Shown here: piece by piece, positions 1 to 10,031 of the stretch
Layout of the letters: every line of letters begins with the position of its first letter
Position numbering within the stretch: position 1 is the stretch's first letter
Assembly: GCA_032718475.1 (NCBI GenBank)
Contig: JAUCBJ010001686.1
Coordinates: 14,424 to 78,423 of the forward strand
Source of the DNA: Nemertoderma westbladi
Lineage: Eukaryota > Animalia > Xenacoelomorpha
Reading direction: 5' to 3'
DNA length: 64,000 bases
Notes under the pieces: model-generated
Database searches by the model: none
Told to the model about the DNA's origin: nothing
What the model saw: the letters and a program-made list of their open reading frames with translations, nothing else
Program-made: the position numbers and the translations under genes

Positions 1-1243
1 CCAACACTAGAAGCAGCATGTTCTAATGAGCTAAGGAGCTGTTGGGCTCCCTCTAGTGATTCTGAGAGTACTCCTAAGTCATCAGCAAAGTCTAGATCAG
101 TTAGGTACTACGCAGGATTTCCTCAACTTCTGGAGCCAGTAGGTGGAGTTATCATCACCCCATCATCATTATGATGACGCCCCCTAACACTTCAAATGGT
201 TCTGTGTCACCATCAACAGTAGACACAAATGTTGTCGAACCATCGTATACTGATCTGATTGCTGCAAAAATTTCATCAGGAATCCCATATAATGAAAGTA
301 TGCTGAACATATGTGAGCGAGAGACTGAATCAAAGGCCTTGAAGAAGTCAACAAAGATAACAGCCAGATGCCTGTCTTTCTTTTATTGATAACTCTTCAA
401 TTATCCTTCTAAGTGCCAAAATGGGCTCCATGGTCCCACGACTTTTACGGAACCCATTCTGATTTCCACGGAGCAGTCTCTCAATGGGATCCCTGATGCG
501 ATTTAATAGAATTCTATTGTATAGCTTTGCAGCAATCGAGATCAATGAGATTCCCCGAAAAGAACCATAGAGTGTTAGGTTGCCCTTCTTGGTAACTGGC
601 ACTAACTTATTTGTTTTCATTTCTTGTGGGACTCTTGTTGTTCGGTACATGTCTACTATGATGGGATAGATGAGCTTTAAACACTCAGGTATTTTAAAGA
701 CCTCAGGGGGAACACCATCTACTCCACTGGCACGACTGGTCTTGATGCTCTTTGCAGCAGCCTTCACTTCTGCAAAGGAGATATCGCCAATGGGAATATC
801 CGGGAGTACAGACTCAGACACTTTTACTTCTATAAAGTTATCAGGCAATACCCTGTCATTATTGAGGAGCTTTTCAAAGTGGGCTTTCCAACCATTGAGG
901 CGATCGGCTGGTGATTCAGCCTTAACCTTGGTGGTTGGTTGGCTTTTCCACCCAGTAAGCCAGTTGATCGATTTCCATGCCTGGGATGATTGCCTGCTGT
1001 CGTCAGCATCATTGATGGCATCAACCTGTTGGTTTATTAGCTCCTGTAGATTAACAGAGTACTGCCTGTTCAGGGACCTAGATGCAGCCTTAACTGCATT
1101 CTTGGCCGCTGTAGTCTGTTTGAGTCGGGACTCTTTCTGCGCCTTATGAAGGTCATTTCGGTACTTTTGAATTTTGTTATCACTCCAGGGGGCCCTTTTC
1201 CTGTTTCGAGGGTATACAGGAACTGTTTCTGCAGCTGCTAACT
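1..1243 (-). mobile_element. RTE-like LINE family A, 5'-truncated and internally deleted copy running off the window edge
   Basis: Near-identical reverse complement of 37430-38740; RT motifs FRGISLISIAAKLYN, NQNGFR, DFADD; frameshift near 385 and deletion near 175. Confidence 0.9.
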
Positions 1244-1332
1244 AACTCGAACACCTCGAAAAATACAGCTAATCAAAAATCAGGGGCTAATAAAATGGCA
1301 GCTGGCTTTTAAATTAATACTCCATATCTCAA

Positions 1333-1395
1333 GAACCTGTGGCCTAGTGGTTGTAGTCTCGGCTTCCAGCTCGAGGTCCCAGGTTCGAATCCGAC
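1333..1395 (+). mobile_element. tRNA-derived SINE head (Pol III internal promoter)
   Basis: A box TGGCCTAGTGG (1340-1350), B box GGTTCGAATCC (1382-1392), anticodon-like arm around cttccag; no 3' acceptor stem. Confidence 0.8.
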
Positions 1396-1438
1396 ACCAC
1401 GCTGATGAGACCCAGTAAGGTCGAAACGCGTACGTGGT
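1396..1438 (+). ncRNA. Minimal type I hammerhead ribozyme
   Basis: accacg-CTGATGA-gacc(cagtaa)ggtc-GAAA-cgcg-TA-cgtggt: complete catalytic core, perfect stems I and II, short palindromic stem III, predicted cleavage after GUA at 1432. Confidence 0.88.
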
Positions 1439-2254
1439 TTGGAGAGATATGAGATATTAATTTCAAGAAAAAATACGCGATTCCTAAATTTGTACACTAC
1501 CCGGTTAAAAAGTACGCATGTGATGGGATTAGTCCTACAATTGCGCCAATAAAAGATAAGTTATTTTCTGTAAAATAAACTTATCATTCGAGGTTAAGAC
1601 CCCTAGATCCCTTCCTATAATAAATGTATCATAACAAACACCTCAAAAAATACAGCTTGCCAACTCATTGTTACTACAGTATCAATAATAATTATATGGA
1701 AAGGATATATATCCTTTTGACAAAAGAGACAGTAAGTGGACATCTGTCCGCTCAACTCTGAAGCGGATACGTGAGACCCACACGGAAGGTGGAAGGAATT
1801 ATAGCAAATGCTACATTAAAAAAAATAATCTGAGCAATTAATGAGTGAGTAACAGAAGTAACAGGAATTGGGGGAGTGTGAGAGGGAAATGGGCGAGTAG
1901 GCGGGGTAAAGAAGGAAGGCAGAATTAAGAAATGTAAGGGTATACTGTAGGGTAAGCAAAATTGTAGTAATTGCTAAACCTAGTTTGCCAGTAATGCAAT
2001 TTGATTGTTTATAAGTGTGATTTACACCGGACCCGGACATATGCAGTTTGGGGTACCAGAGTACGGTCCCGTGGTAACAGAGTATATATGGAATATTCTA
2101 GAATTATTATAAATTCGGATAGATTGCTCATTCATTCGGATCAGCGACTGGGGAGTGCTCATTGAGCGCTCCAAACGTATGGGAAATGGTCGTCGGAACC
2201 GTCTCACCTGGTCTCGGTAGCGCTGACCACCTCGATTTCCTCCCACTAACGTTG

Positions 2255-3490
2255 ATCCCCATCAAGTCGTTAAGCTGGAAGATATCGTGAATTAGAACCA
2301 AAACGGATTGTCCGGTTTTCTTCACCAAAACGCTGCCATTACGTGTGTACGCGGCATAGATTTTCTTCTTTTTTTGAGCGACTTGGCTTTGTTTAGTAAG
2401 GCGGCTCTAACTGGGGTGAGATGTTCGGTAAAATACAGATCCTGATTTTCCAGAACTTTGTTGTTCTGGAGAGCGGTGACAGTGTCCAATGAACCGGATT
2501 AAAATCGGCCATTATTTATCGATATAACGTTGAAATGAAATGAAATGAAATATCTCCGTCTGAATGGGTGATTGGGCCGGGGTGCTTTCTCTGGCCGAGG
2601 CGATGGAACACATCCACGGACCCAGGAGATATTCCAACCACGGCTAGGATGCGGAAGACTTCCGATTTGTTATGCTCATTGTTGGGCGATTCGGTGATCC
2701 CATGTAGGAGAACGAGGGTCTCCGGATATACCTGTACTGCTTGAGGTCTTTGTTTTTCGCAGATAGCTGGTGAACTTCTTGTTTGAGTTTTATGGAGGTT
2801 TCTTCAATCGAGGTGAGAGTAAACTTTATCCCAGCGAGTTCGGTAACTATTTATTTTATTTGGTTGGTTTGATCTTTGAGGAGTTTTAGGCTTTCCAGGA
2901 TTTGGAAGTCACCGAGAATTAATCGGAAACTTAAGGTCCGATTATTTAGAGCAGCAGTAGTTCCAGTACTCCTCTATGGGAGTCCATGCTGGGCTCTAAC
3001 TGCTGAGGAAACCAAATCTCTGGATGGCACATTCACAAGAATGCTACGCCGGGTTCATTGTGTCAAGTACAATGCACACATCTCCAACCAGACACTATAT
3101 AACATTGGAGGTGTCTCATTGGTTCCCCCAAGCTTGACACTAGAACAAAATCGCCTCCGCTTTGCAGGACATTGCTTTCGCCGTGAGGACCAGCCAGTGC
3201 ATAATCTTGTACTTTGGCAGCCTCATGGAGTGAATAAGCATGGTGGACAGCCCATGACTTTCTTGAGACGCATCTTAAAGGACACTGGCCTTAAAGATGC
3301 GGATGATCTAGCAAATGTCATGGGTGATAGGGAGTTGTGGCGGTGCAATTTTGTTGATAAGCCGGCACAGCATTCTTAAAAATGCAGCTGCAATGCAGCA
3401 TGCCGATCCTAGTAGTAGTAGTTTGACATTGTTTGTTAAGGCGGTAATCGCTTTAATTACGTCGTCTAGTTTGGCTGGGGGCGCCATTGA
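2255..3490 (-). mobile_element. Decayed LINE (CR1/L2-type) ORF1 remnant, interrupted by an RTE insertion
   Basis: Coiled-coil N-terminus MAPPAKLDDVIKAITALTNNVK|LLKDQ and C-terminal LYFTEHLTP..LLNKAKSL...AYTRNGSVLVKK, typical of the ORF1/FP25K-like C-domain; contains stops and frameshifts. Confidence 0.6.
2887..3421 (+). mobile_element. RTE-like family A, 3' fragment with (TAG)n tail
   Basis: Nearly identical to 38944-39480; RLRFAGHCFR motif; agttt on both sides is a possible TSD. Confidence 0.9.
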
Positions 3491-4034
3491 GGATGCTAAA
3501 TTAGGTTTAGGATAAACAGTTGAGTGAGAATAAACGTGGTGGCGGGATAATTGGGTTTCGTTTTCGCTTAATGATTGGTGGGTCGGAGGTATCGGGGATG
3601 TATGATGGGTAAGTAAGAAAGTGCACACTGGGATAACAACTACATATGACATTTCGAATCAAATTTTACTTAGTAAAGTTTCACTTTACACTTATAAACT
3701 AGGGCCTATATCATAATGGACAATAAACATGTTGCTTTAACGTAGTGGGAATTTTATACGTCTTAAAATTTTATCGAGTTCATGTCGTAGTTATCTCTTT
3801 ATCACTTTTATTTGATATAATCATTATTGCCTTATCCCATTGCTGACCTTTGTATTTATATGGCGTATTCATTTTTATATGCAGTGGACAGGAAGACGCT
3901 AATAAATAATAAGACGCAGGTTTCGCTAATTACATATAAAGTAAGGTTTAATTAACACTAGGTTAAATGATTAGACAAACACGAGGCCAATCGGCCGTCT
4001 GTCTCTAATCTACTATAGGTGTGTAAGTCCTTAC

Positions 4035-4199
4035 TGGAGAAAAACACAGAACAACGTGAAGGTTGGCTTTAACACGAGTGTAGAAATAGTCTTGGAGGTT
4101 CTCTATGGTTGGAGGGCGTCGCGGGTATTCCTTTTTCATAACCCCTATCAGTTCATTCTGGATCTCATCCATCTCATCGCGTGGAAATAAATTTGAAAC
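4035..4199 (-). CDS. DNAH5: Dynein heavy chain exon, last in window (absent from the ORF track)
   Basis: [55 protein letters not shown]; acceptor tttttcag, donor CCA|gtaagg. Confidence 0.94.
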
Positions 4200-4488
4200 C
4201 TGAAAAACGACATTACGAAAAAAAGTTATTATTTATTATTATTATTAAATTATATCCTTAGATTATAGTTGATAATCTAAGTAAATACAACTGCGATCAT
4301 CACGCCATTAATCCCCCCTACCCCATTAATATTAATATCTATATTATTGTATGATATCATACGACTACATCGCAATCCCCCCCCCCCCCCCACACCCCCA
4401 CTATCACTACAAAATCACTCTGGGCCGTTATGTGTAAAGTGATAATTAATATAATTAACACGCAAAGCGGCCAATAGTGATAACTAAC

Positions 4489-4642
4489 CTCGCCACTGGC
4501 TAAAACGTTATTCATATACTCTAGAAAAGATTCATCTTTAATCTCATTGTCCGTGAATATAAATGTGATGCCCTTTCCTTCCTGACCAGCTGTTCTATAC
4601 AAAATCTTCAGATCATCCAGTAAGTTGGTCACATTGTACGAC
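4489..4642 (-). CDS. DNAH5: Dynein heavy chain exon
   Basis: [51 protein letters not shown]; acceptor tttgcag, donor GAG|gttagt. Confidence 0.94.
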
Positions 4643-4799
4643 CTGCAAATTCATTGTGATTCAACATTAACATTCATACACAAACAATTTATTACAAACA
4701 TTAAAAAAATTATCATAACATAAAATATATAAAAAAGTAATAAATTGAATTATATTTCTTACCTTTGTGTCAGTTTCTACAACATCAAGTTATGTTACA

Positions 4800-4895
4800 G
4801 TCAGTCAGGTCACTTTATATGATGATAAATAAAAGTCAGGTTACTTTATATGACGATAAATAAAAATCAGGTCACTCTATATGGCGATAAATAAA
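4800..4895. repeat. About 3 copies of a ~31-bp tandem repeat
   Basis: Variants of agtcaggtcactttatatgatgataaataaa. Confidence 0.7.
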
Positions 4896-5105
4896 TTGGG
4901 GCCTTCGGGATCTAGGGTGGCCTTCCAAACTGATGAAAACTTTGCAGAAATGTAGGACTATTACAAATTGAATCAACTCAAGTCTTGATTTGAGTTTTTT
5001 GAGAAAAAACCCACTCGGGTTAAAGAATTACTCAGATTAATCAGAATTACATACAGGTCTGTGTATATTACTGTACTGTTAGATATTTGATGGCACATAT
5101 CTTAC

Positions 5106-5409
5106 CGAGTCAGAGTTATCTGAAAACTCGTATAGCCAGCAATGAAAGAAGCTAATCGTGTAAGCGACTGCTTGCCGCTGCCTCCAACACCAACCAATAG
5201 GGCGTTACCGCGGGCCGTTCGTATGACTCGCGAGATCTTAACGAGATGTACCATAGCGTCCTTAAAGAATACCAAATCCATAGCGGCCCCACGAATGGTC
5301 TCGTTGTACGAAGCCATGTATTCGTTGAGTTTAGATTTAAGTTGATCGTAGTCTACAATGGGTTCATAGATCTTTGGAGCGTCGAAAGTCGCATCGTCAG
5401 CTTCTTCAC
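5106..5409 (-). CDS. DNAH5: Dynein heavy chain exon, AAA4 P-loop
   Basis: [21 protein letters not shown]...[20 protein letters not shown]; acceptor ttattcag, donor CG|gtaaga. Confidence 0.96.
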
Positions 5410-5640
5410 CTGAATAAAACAACAATAGTTAGTTAGTTAGTTAGTTAATTATTACCACCATAAATGTAACATATTACGTTTAACAATAGACCTAGTAATA
5501 AAACAACAATAGTTAGTTAGTTAATTAGTTAGTTAGTTAGTTAATTATTACCACCATAAATGTAACATTACGTTTAACAATAGACCTAGTAATAAAACAA
5601 CAATAGTTAGTTAGTTAATTATTACCACCATAAATGTAAC
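5410..5640. repeat. About 3 copies of an ~85-95-bp repeat with an internal (AGTT)n, abutting the splice acceptor
   Basis: aataaaacaacaatagttag...ttattaccaccataaatgtaac occurs three times. Confidence 0.8.
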
Positions 5641-7680
5641 TACTACTAGGTCGACCGAACTCGGACAGTGGAAATGAGATCCTTCCAGGCTTCCCGATTC
5701 TCCATAGTTGTCGCAATTTCGTTTCTCCCAAGTTCAGTATCCCTTTCAAGTTGATCTATATATGTTATGGCCGGTCGTCCACGACTACGCTTTCCATGAG
5801 TTGGTTTCCAGAGAAGTAGATCTGGTATGACCTCGTCTTTACTTCGCCAGCAGTGCCCACTGAATCTTAATCTGCGTTCACGGAGGGTGGTTGATACAGG
5901 TGGTATTGTACCATAAAGCTCGGCGTTTGTCATGTGTTGTCTCCAGCTGATGTTTAGGGCTGCCCTTAGTAGTCTTGTAGCAACCATCAATTCGTTGTTC
6001 AAGTGATTTAGTCAGTGTCCAGGTCTCACCCCCTTATAATTCCTCTTAATTTTATTTAATTTTAATTTAATCCTCTTAATTTTCCACTGTGGCTCGAAAG
6101 AACTTAGTCTTTAGGTGCCTGGAAAGATCTGATTTCCAGATGGTATCCATTTATGAAAGAGCTGCCAAAGCCTTTGCTTTTCTAACTTCTATGTCATTTT
6201 TGCTACTCTCTATCCATGATCCTAGGTACTGGAAGTCGTCAACCTTCCTTAGTTGATTATTATCAATGGTTGTCAAGTTTCCATCAACATTAAAAGTCAT
6301 GAATTCGGTATTGGTAGCATTTATATGCAATCCAACCTCCTTAGCAGACCTCTCCACTTTATTTAGTAAAAGCTGTGCATATGCTAGCGTATTAGAGAGA
6401 AGGGCGTTGTCATCCGCAAAGTCGGTGTCTGTGACTGTAGTTGCCGGATATCTACTACTTCTGCGTTCTTGAAGTGTGAATCCCAGATCTTCACCTTTTG
6501 TGCCCGTCCTCATTGCGTAATCCAGTACAATTACAAATAGTAATGGTGCTAATGTGTCACCTTGCAGTACGCCAGCCAGGATTGAGATTTAGTTTCACAA
6601 TCTGGTGAGAGTACCTGTGCTTCTGGGTCACGATATAACAATCCAATACCAGCAACAATTACTTCTGGTATTCCATAAGCTCTTAGGATTTCAAGCATTT
6701 TACCTCTATGGATGGAGTCGAATGCCTTCTTGAAGTCCACAAAAGTCATAACTGCGGGGAGATTCTTTGACATAATTCCTTCAATCAGTCTCCGTAGTGC
6801 AAGTATCTGAGCTATTGTTGATCTACTTGGTCGAAATCCGTTTTGGCTCTTACGCAGTAGTTTCTCTATGTGAGGCCTAATCCTATATAGAATCATTTTA
6901 TTACATATTTTGGCAGCTACCACAAGCAGACAGATGCCACGATAGTTTGTTGGTATGCCGAGGTCTCCTTTCTTGGGGAGAGGCTTTAGTTGACCTTTAG
7001 TCCAAATTGGTGGTGGCTTTTCCCCTTTTAACATCCGGTTGCAAATATTCAATAATGGTCTGTTTAGCACTCCTGTTTTCCATACCTCCGCTGTTTCCTG
7101 CGTCCCCTGTTTCTATAGGTAGTGTCTTGTCATATATTTTCCTTGTAGGGCTGACCTCGATGTTTGGTGGCTGCCCAAGCAAGTTGCTGAAGTGATTTTT
7201 CCACTTCCCAACACGTTCTTCAGGACTATCGGCTTTGAGGCGCCCCTTTGCATAACTTTTCCGACCAGATACCTCCTCATTTACAGTTTGCCCGGTAAGT
7301 CTTGATTGTTGCTGTATGTGAGCAGTTGTAATTGCTTAAATTTTATCCTATGTACTTTTCCTGGCTGATGTTGTAGGCCAATTTAAGATCGTCCTTAGCT
7401 TTCTCAACCTTGTTAATGTTTTCAGTTGTTGGTTGTTCGGTTTTAACTTTGTAGGCTATCTTAAGATCTTCTCTCTTACAAGTAAACTCAGAGTTTTGCC
7501 CTGGCACATACTGTTTTCGTTTGGGTTTCTGAGGGATATGCCTCTTAGCTGATTCCTTGTGGGCTGTTATTATATTCTGGTATATTGAATCGTTGGACTG
7601 GTCTTCATCCATTGACTGAAGTGCTTCAAAGCGGTTTTGAACTTCTAATGTGTAAGCATCCTTTGAGCTTAAGCTTGAAT
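5641..7680 (-). mobile_element. RTE-like LINE family B, decayed and 5'-truncated, with (TAG)n tail
   Basis: Fragmented RT ORFs (NYRGICLL, QNGFR, FVDFKKAFDS, DFADD, RLRFSGHCWR); tail tactacta at 5641. Confidence 0.9.
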
Positions 7681-7793
7681 ACAACCAATATTAAAAACCT
7701 GCTGCTTGGTTAAAGCCAATTGGGGGTCAAAGGTCAACGTTAAAGATGTCTGGATATAGATAAGAGTAATCACAGGTGTCACTTATGACACTC

Positions 7794-8570
7794 TTTGGTC
7801 CTCTTTGTGACAGTTGGACAACACTGATGACCCATTCCATCAGATCTCAGAGGAAATCAGATCTCTCCAGGCACCTGAAGACTAAGTTCTTTCGAGCCAC
7901 AGTGGAAAGTGTATTTTTATACGGGGGTGAGACCTGGACACTGACTAAATCACTTGAACAACGAATTGATGGTTGCTACACAAGACTACTAAGGGCAGCC
8001 CTAAACATCAGCTGGAGACAACACATGACAAACGCCGAGCTTTATGGTACAATACCACCTGTATCAACCACCGTCCGTGAACGCAGATTAAGATTCAGTG
8101 GGCACTGCTGGCGAAGTAAAGACGAGGTCATACCAGATCTACTTCTCTGGCAACCAACTCATGGAAAGCGTAGTCGTGGACGACCTGCCATAACATATAT
8201 AGATCAACTTGAAAGGGATACTGAACTTGGGAGAAACGAAATTGCGACAACTATGGAGAATCGGGAAGCCTGGAAGGATCTCATTTCCACTGTCCGAGTT
8301 CGCTCGACCTAGTAGTAGTAGATGACCCATTGTGTGTCAGGGCGCTAATCAGTCTGATTAATTAGAATAATCAATTAAACCCTAATTAGGAGTCGTAAGA
8401 CACCTATAAGGGATAAAATGTACTAATTAATTGATGACACCCGTCAATTAGGGTCTAATTAGCCTAATTGGGAGCTTCACCCAGACAGTCTGGCGCCAAT
8501 GACACCCTATGGGTGCTATGACTCATCGATGAGTTATGAGTGAGGTCCAACTGTCGCAAAGAGGACCAAA
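7794..8570. mobile_element. MITE-like element with 26-bp inverted repeats, hosting an RTE insertion
   Basis: tttggtcctctttgtgacagttggac (7794-7819) versus gtccaactgtcgcaaagaggaccaaa (8545-8570), 1 mismatch; internal palindromes. True termini uncertain. Confidence 0.6.
7837..8320 (+). mobile_element. RTE-like family B, 3' fragment with 11-bp TSD
   Basis: Near-identical inverted copy of 5641-6135; (TAG)n tail; gatgacccatt at 7826-7836 and 8321-8331. Confidence 0.9.
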
Positions 8571-8970
8571 CGCCTACTACTCATCTACAATCAGACTCTA
8601 TACAACATTGGAGGTGTTCCATTAATCTCCCCTAGCTTGACACTTGAACAGATAATTTATGCATGCAACTAATAAGCACAATAAAACAATATAAAATAGG
8701 AAACAAGAAAATACAAAAAACAGAAAAATCTAAGCAAAAGCGAAGAGAATTTCAAAATACTCGCTATGTAACTAACTCAAAACAGAGATCAAGGAAAATA
8801 TATCCCTTGGCCATTGGGAGACACAAAAATATTAATAATTAATAATAATATATTATAGATTATTTTTTTACATATTTATATTATTATAATAGTATTATTA
8901 TTAATATTAATATGAACTCATTGATATCTATAATATAATTGTTTGCAACTCTTTATAAATTTGTTAATAC

Positions 8971-9064
8971 CTGTAGGTTCTGGAGCTTCTCGCAAGAAAT
9001 CTACAAAATAGGGTTCGGCAGCCATCGACTCAGCTACAGAATCGCCTAATTCTTCAACAACAGT
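8971..9064 (-). CDS. DNAH5: Dynein heavy chain exon (absent from the ORF track)
   Basis: TVVEELGDSVAESMAAEPYFVDFLREAPEPT; acceptor ttttccag, donor G|gtatta. Confidence 0.92.
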
Positions 9065-9240
9065 CTGGAAAATATTTAACAAATAAAATAATATAAAGAA
9101 AAAACATCCGAAATTGCAACAAAAAGATGCAATGTGCCTTGAAGGTTCCTGTGTGAGCTATTCAGCCATGAACGTTTCTAGCGTTACAAGTATATATCGC
9201 CTAATTAGTTGACATATAATGTAACAAAATATATGCAAAC

Positions 9241-9361
9241 CTGCTTAATAGCTTTATTGAACCAATCCAAATCCTCTAAGTTGGTAAACCTGTCAGCGAT
9301 AACACGTTCACATTCATGACGCCAGAGCGCCAAAGTAACATCAACTGAAGGTACAACTTCT
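9241..9361 (-). CDS. DNAH5: Dynein heavy chain exon (absent from the ORF track)
   Basis: EVVPSVDVTLALWRHECERVIADRFTNLEDLDWFNKAIKQ; acceptor ttcttatag, donor CAG|gtttgc. Confidence 0.93.
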
Positions 9362-9373
9362 CTATAAGAATAA

Positions 9374-9832
9374 AAATAAGGCACTGAAGGTTACATTCTG
9401 TGAAAAATAAGGCACCGAAGGTTACATTCTGTGTAAAATAAGGCACCGAAGGTTACATTCTGTGTAAAATAAGGCACCGAAGGTTACATTCTGTGTAAAA
9501 TAAGGCACCGAAGGTTACATTCTGTGTAAAATAAGGCACCGAAGGTTACATTCTGTGTAAAATAAGGCACCGAAGGTTACATTCTGTGTAAAATAAGGCA
9601 CCGAAGGTTACATTCTGTGTAAAATAAGGCACTGAGGGTTACATTCTGTGTAAAATAAGGCACCAAAGGTTACATTCTGTGTAAAATAAGGCACTGAAGG
9701 TTACATTCTGTGTAAAATAAGGCACCGAAGGTTACATTCTGTGTAAAATAAGGCACCGAAGGTTACATTCTGTGTAAAATAAGGCACCGAAGGTTACATT
9801 CTGTGTAAAATAAGGCACCGAAGGTTACATTC
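9374..9832. repeat. 31-bp minisatellite, ~15 copies, at an exon acceptor
   Basis: Unit aaaataaggcaccgaaggttacattctgtgt. Confidence 0.95.
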
Positions 9833-10031
9833 ATTATGTAGGCCTATCACATACTTTTGAGTTTATTCATTAGCATCTAGTAAGTTACATATTTTTTTCA
9901 ATGGCAGTTAAATGTCACCCCGTGTACATTTCAGTGTAAAAATATAATATAATAGAACTACAGTAAGTTATTAGGTTATTAATTGTTTATAATTCGCTAG
10001 CAGATGCAAAGCTTCTACTGAATAAATTAGA

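Noticed and set aside
670-1149. Antisense ORFs over RTE copies (also 37525-38004)
   Set aside because: Shadow frames of RT coding sequence, shared only because the copies are near-identical.
1333-1400. Functional tRNA-Gly gene
   Set aside because: T stem is incomplete and there is no acceptor-stem 3' strand; the sequence runs into a hammerhead instead.
4929-4952. ctgatga...gaaa as a third hammerhead
   Set aside because: No pairing stems I or II; ctgatga at 7824 also lacks them.
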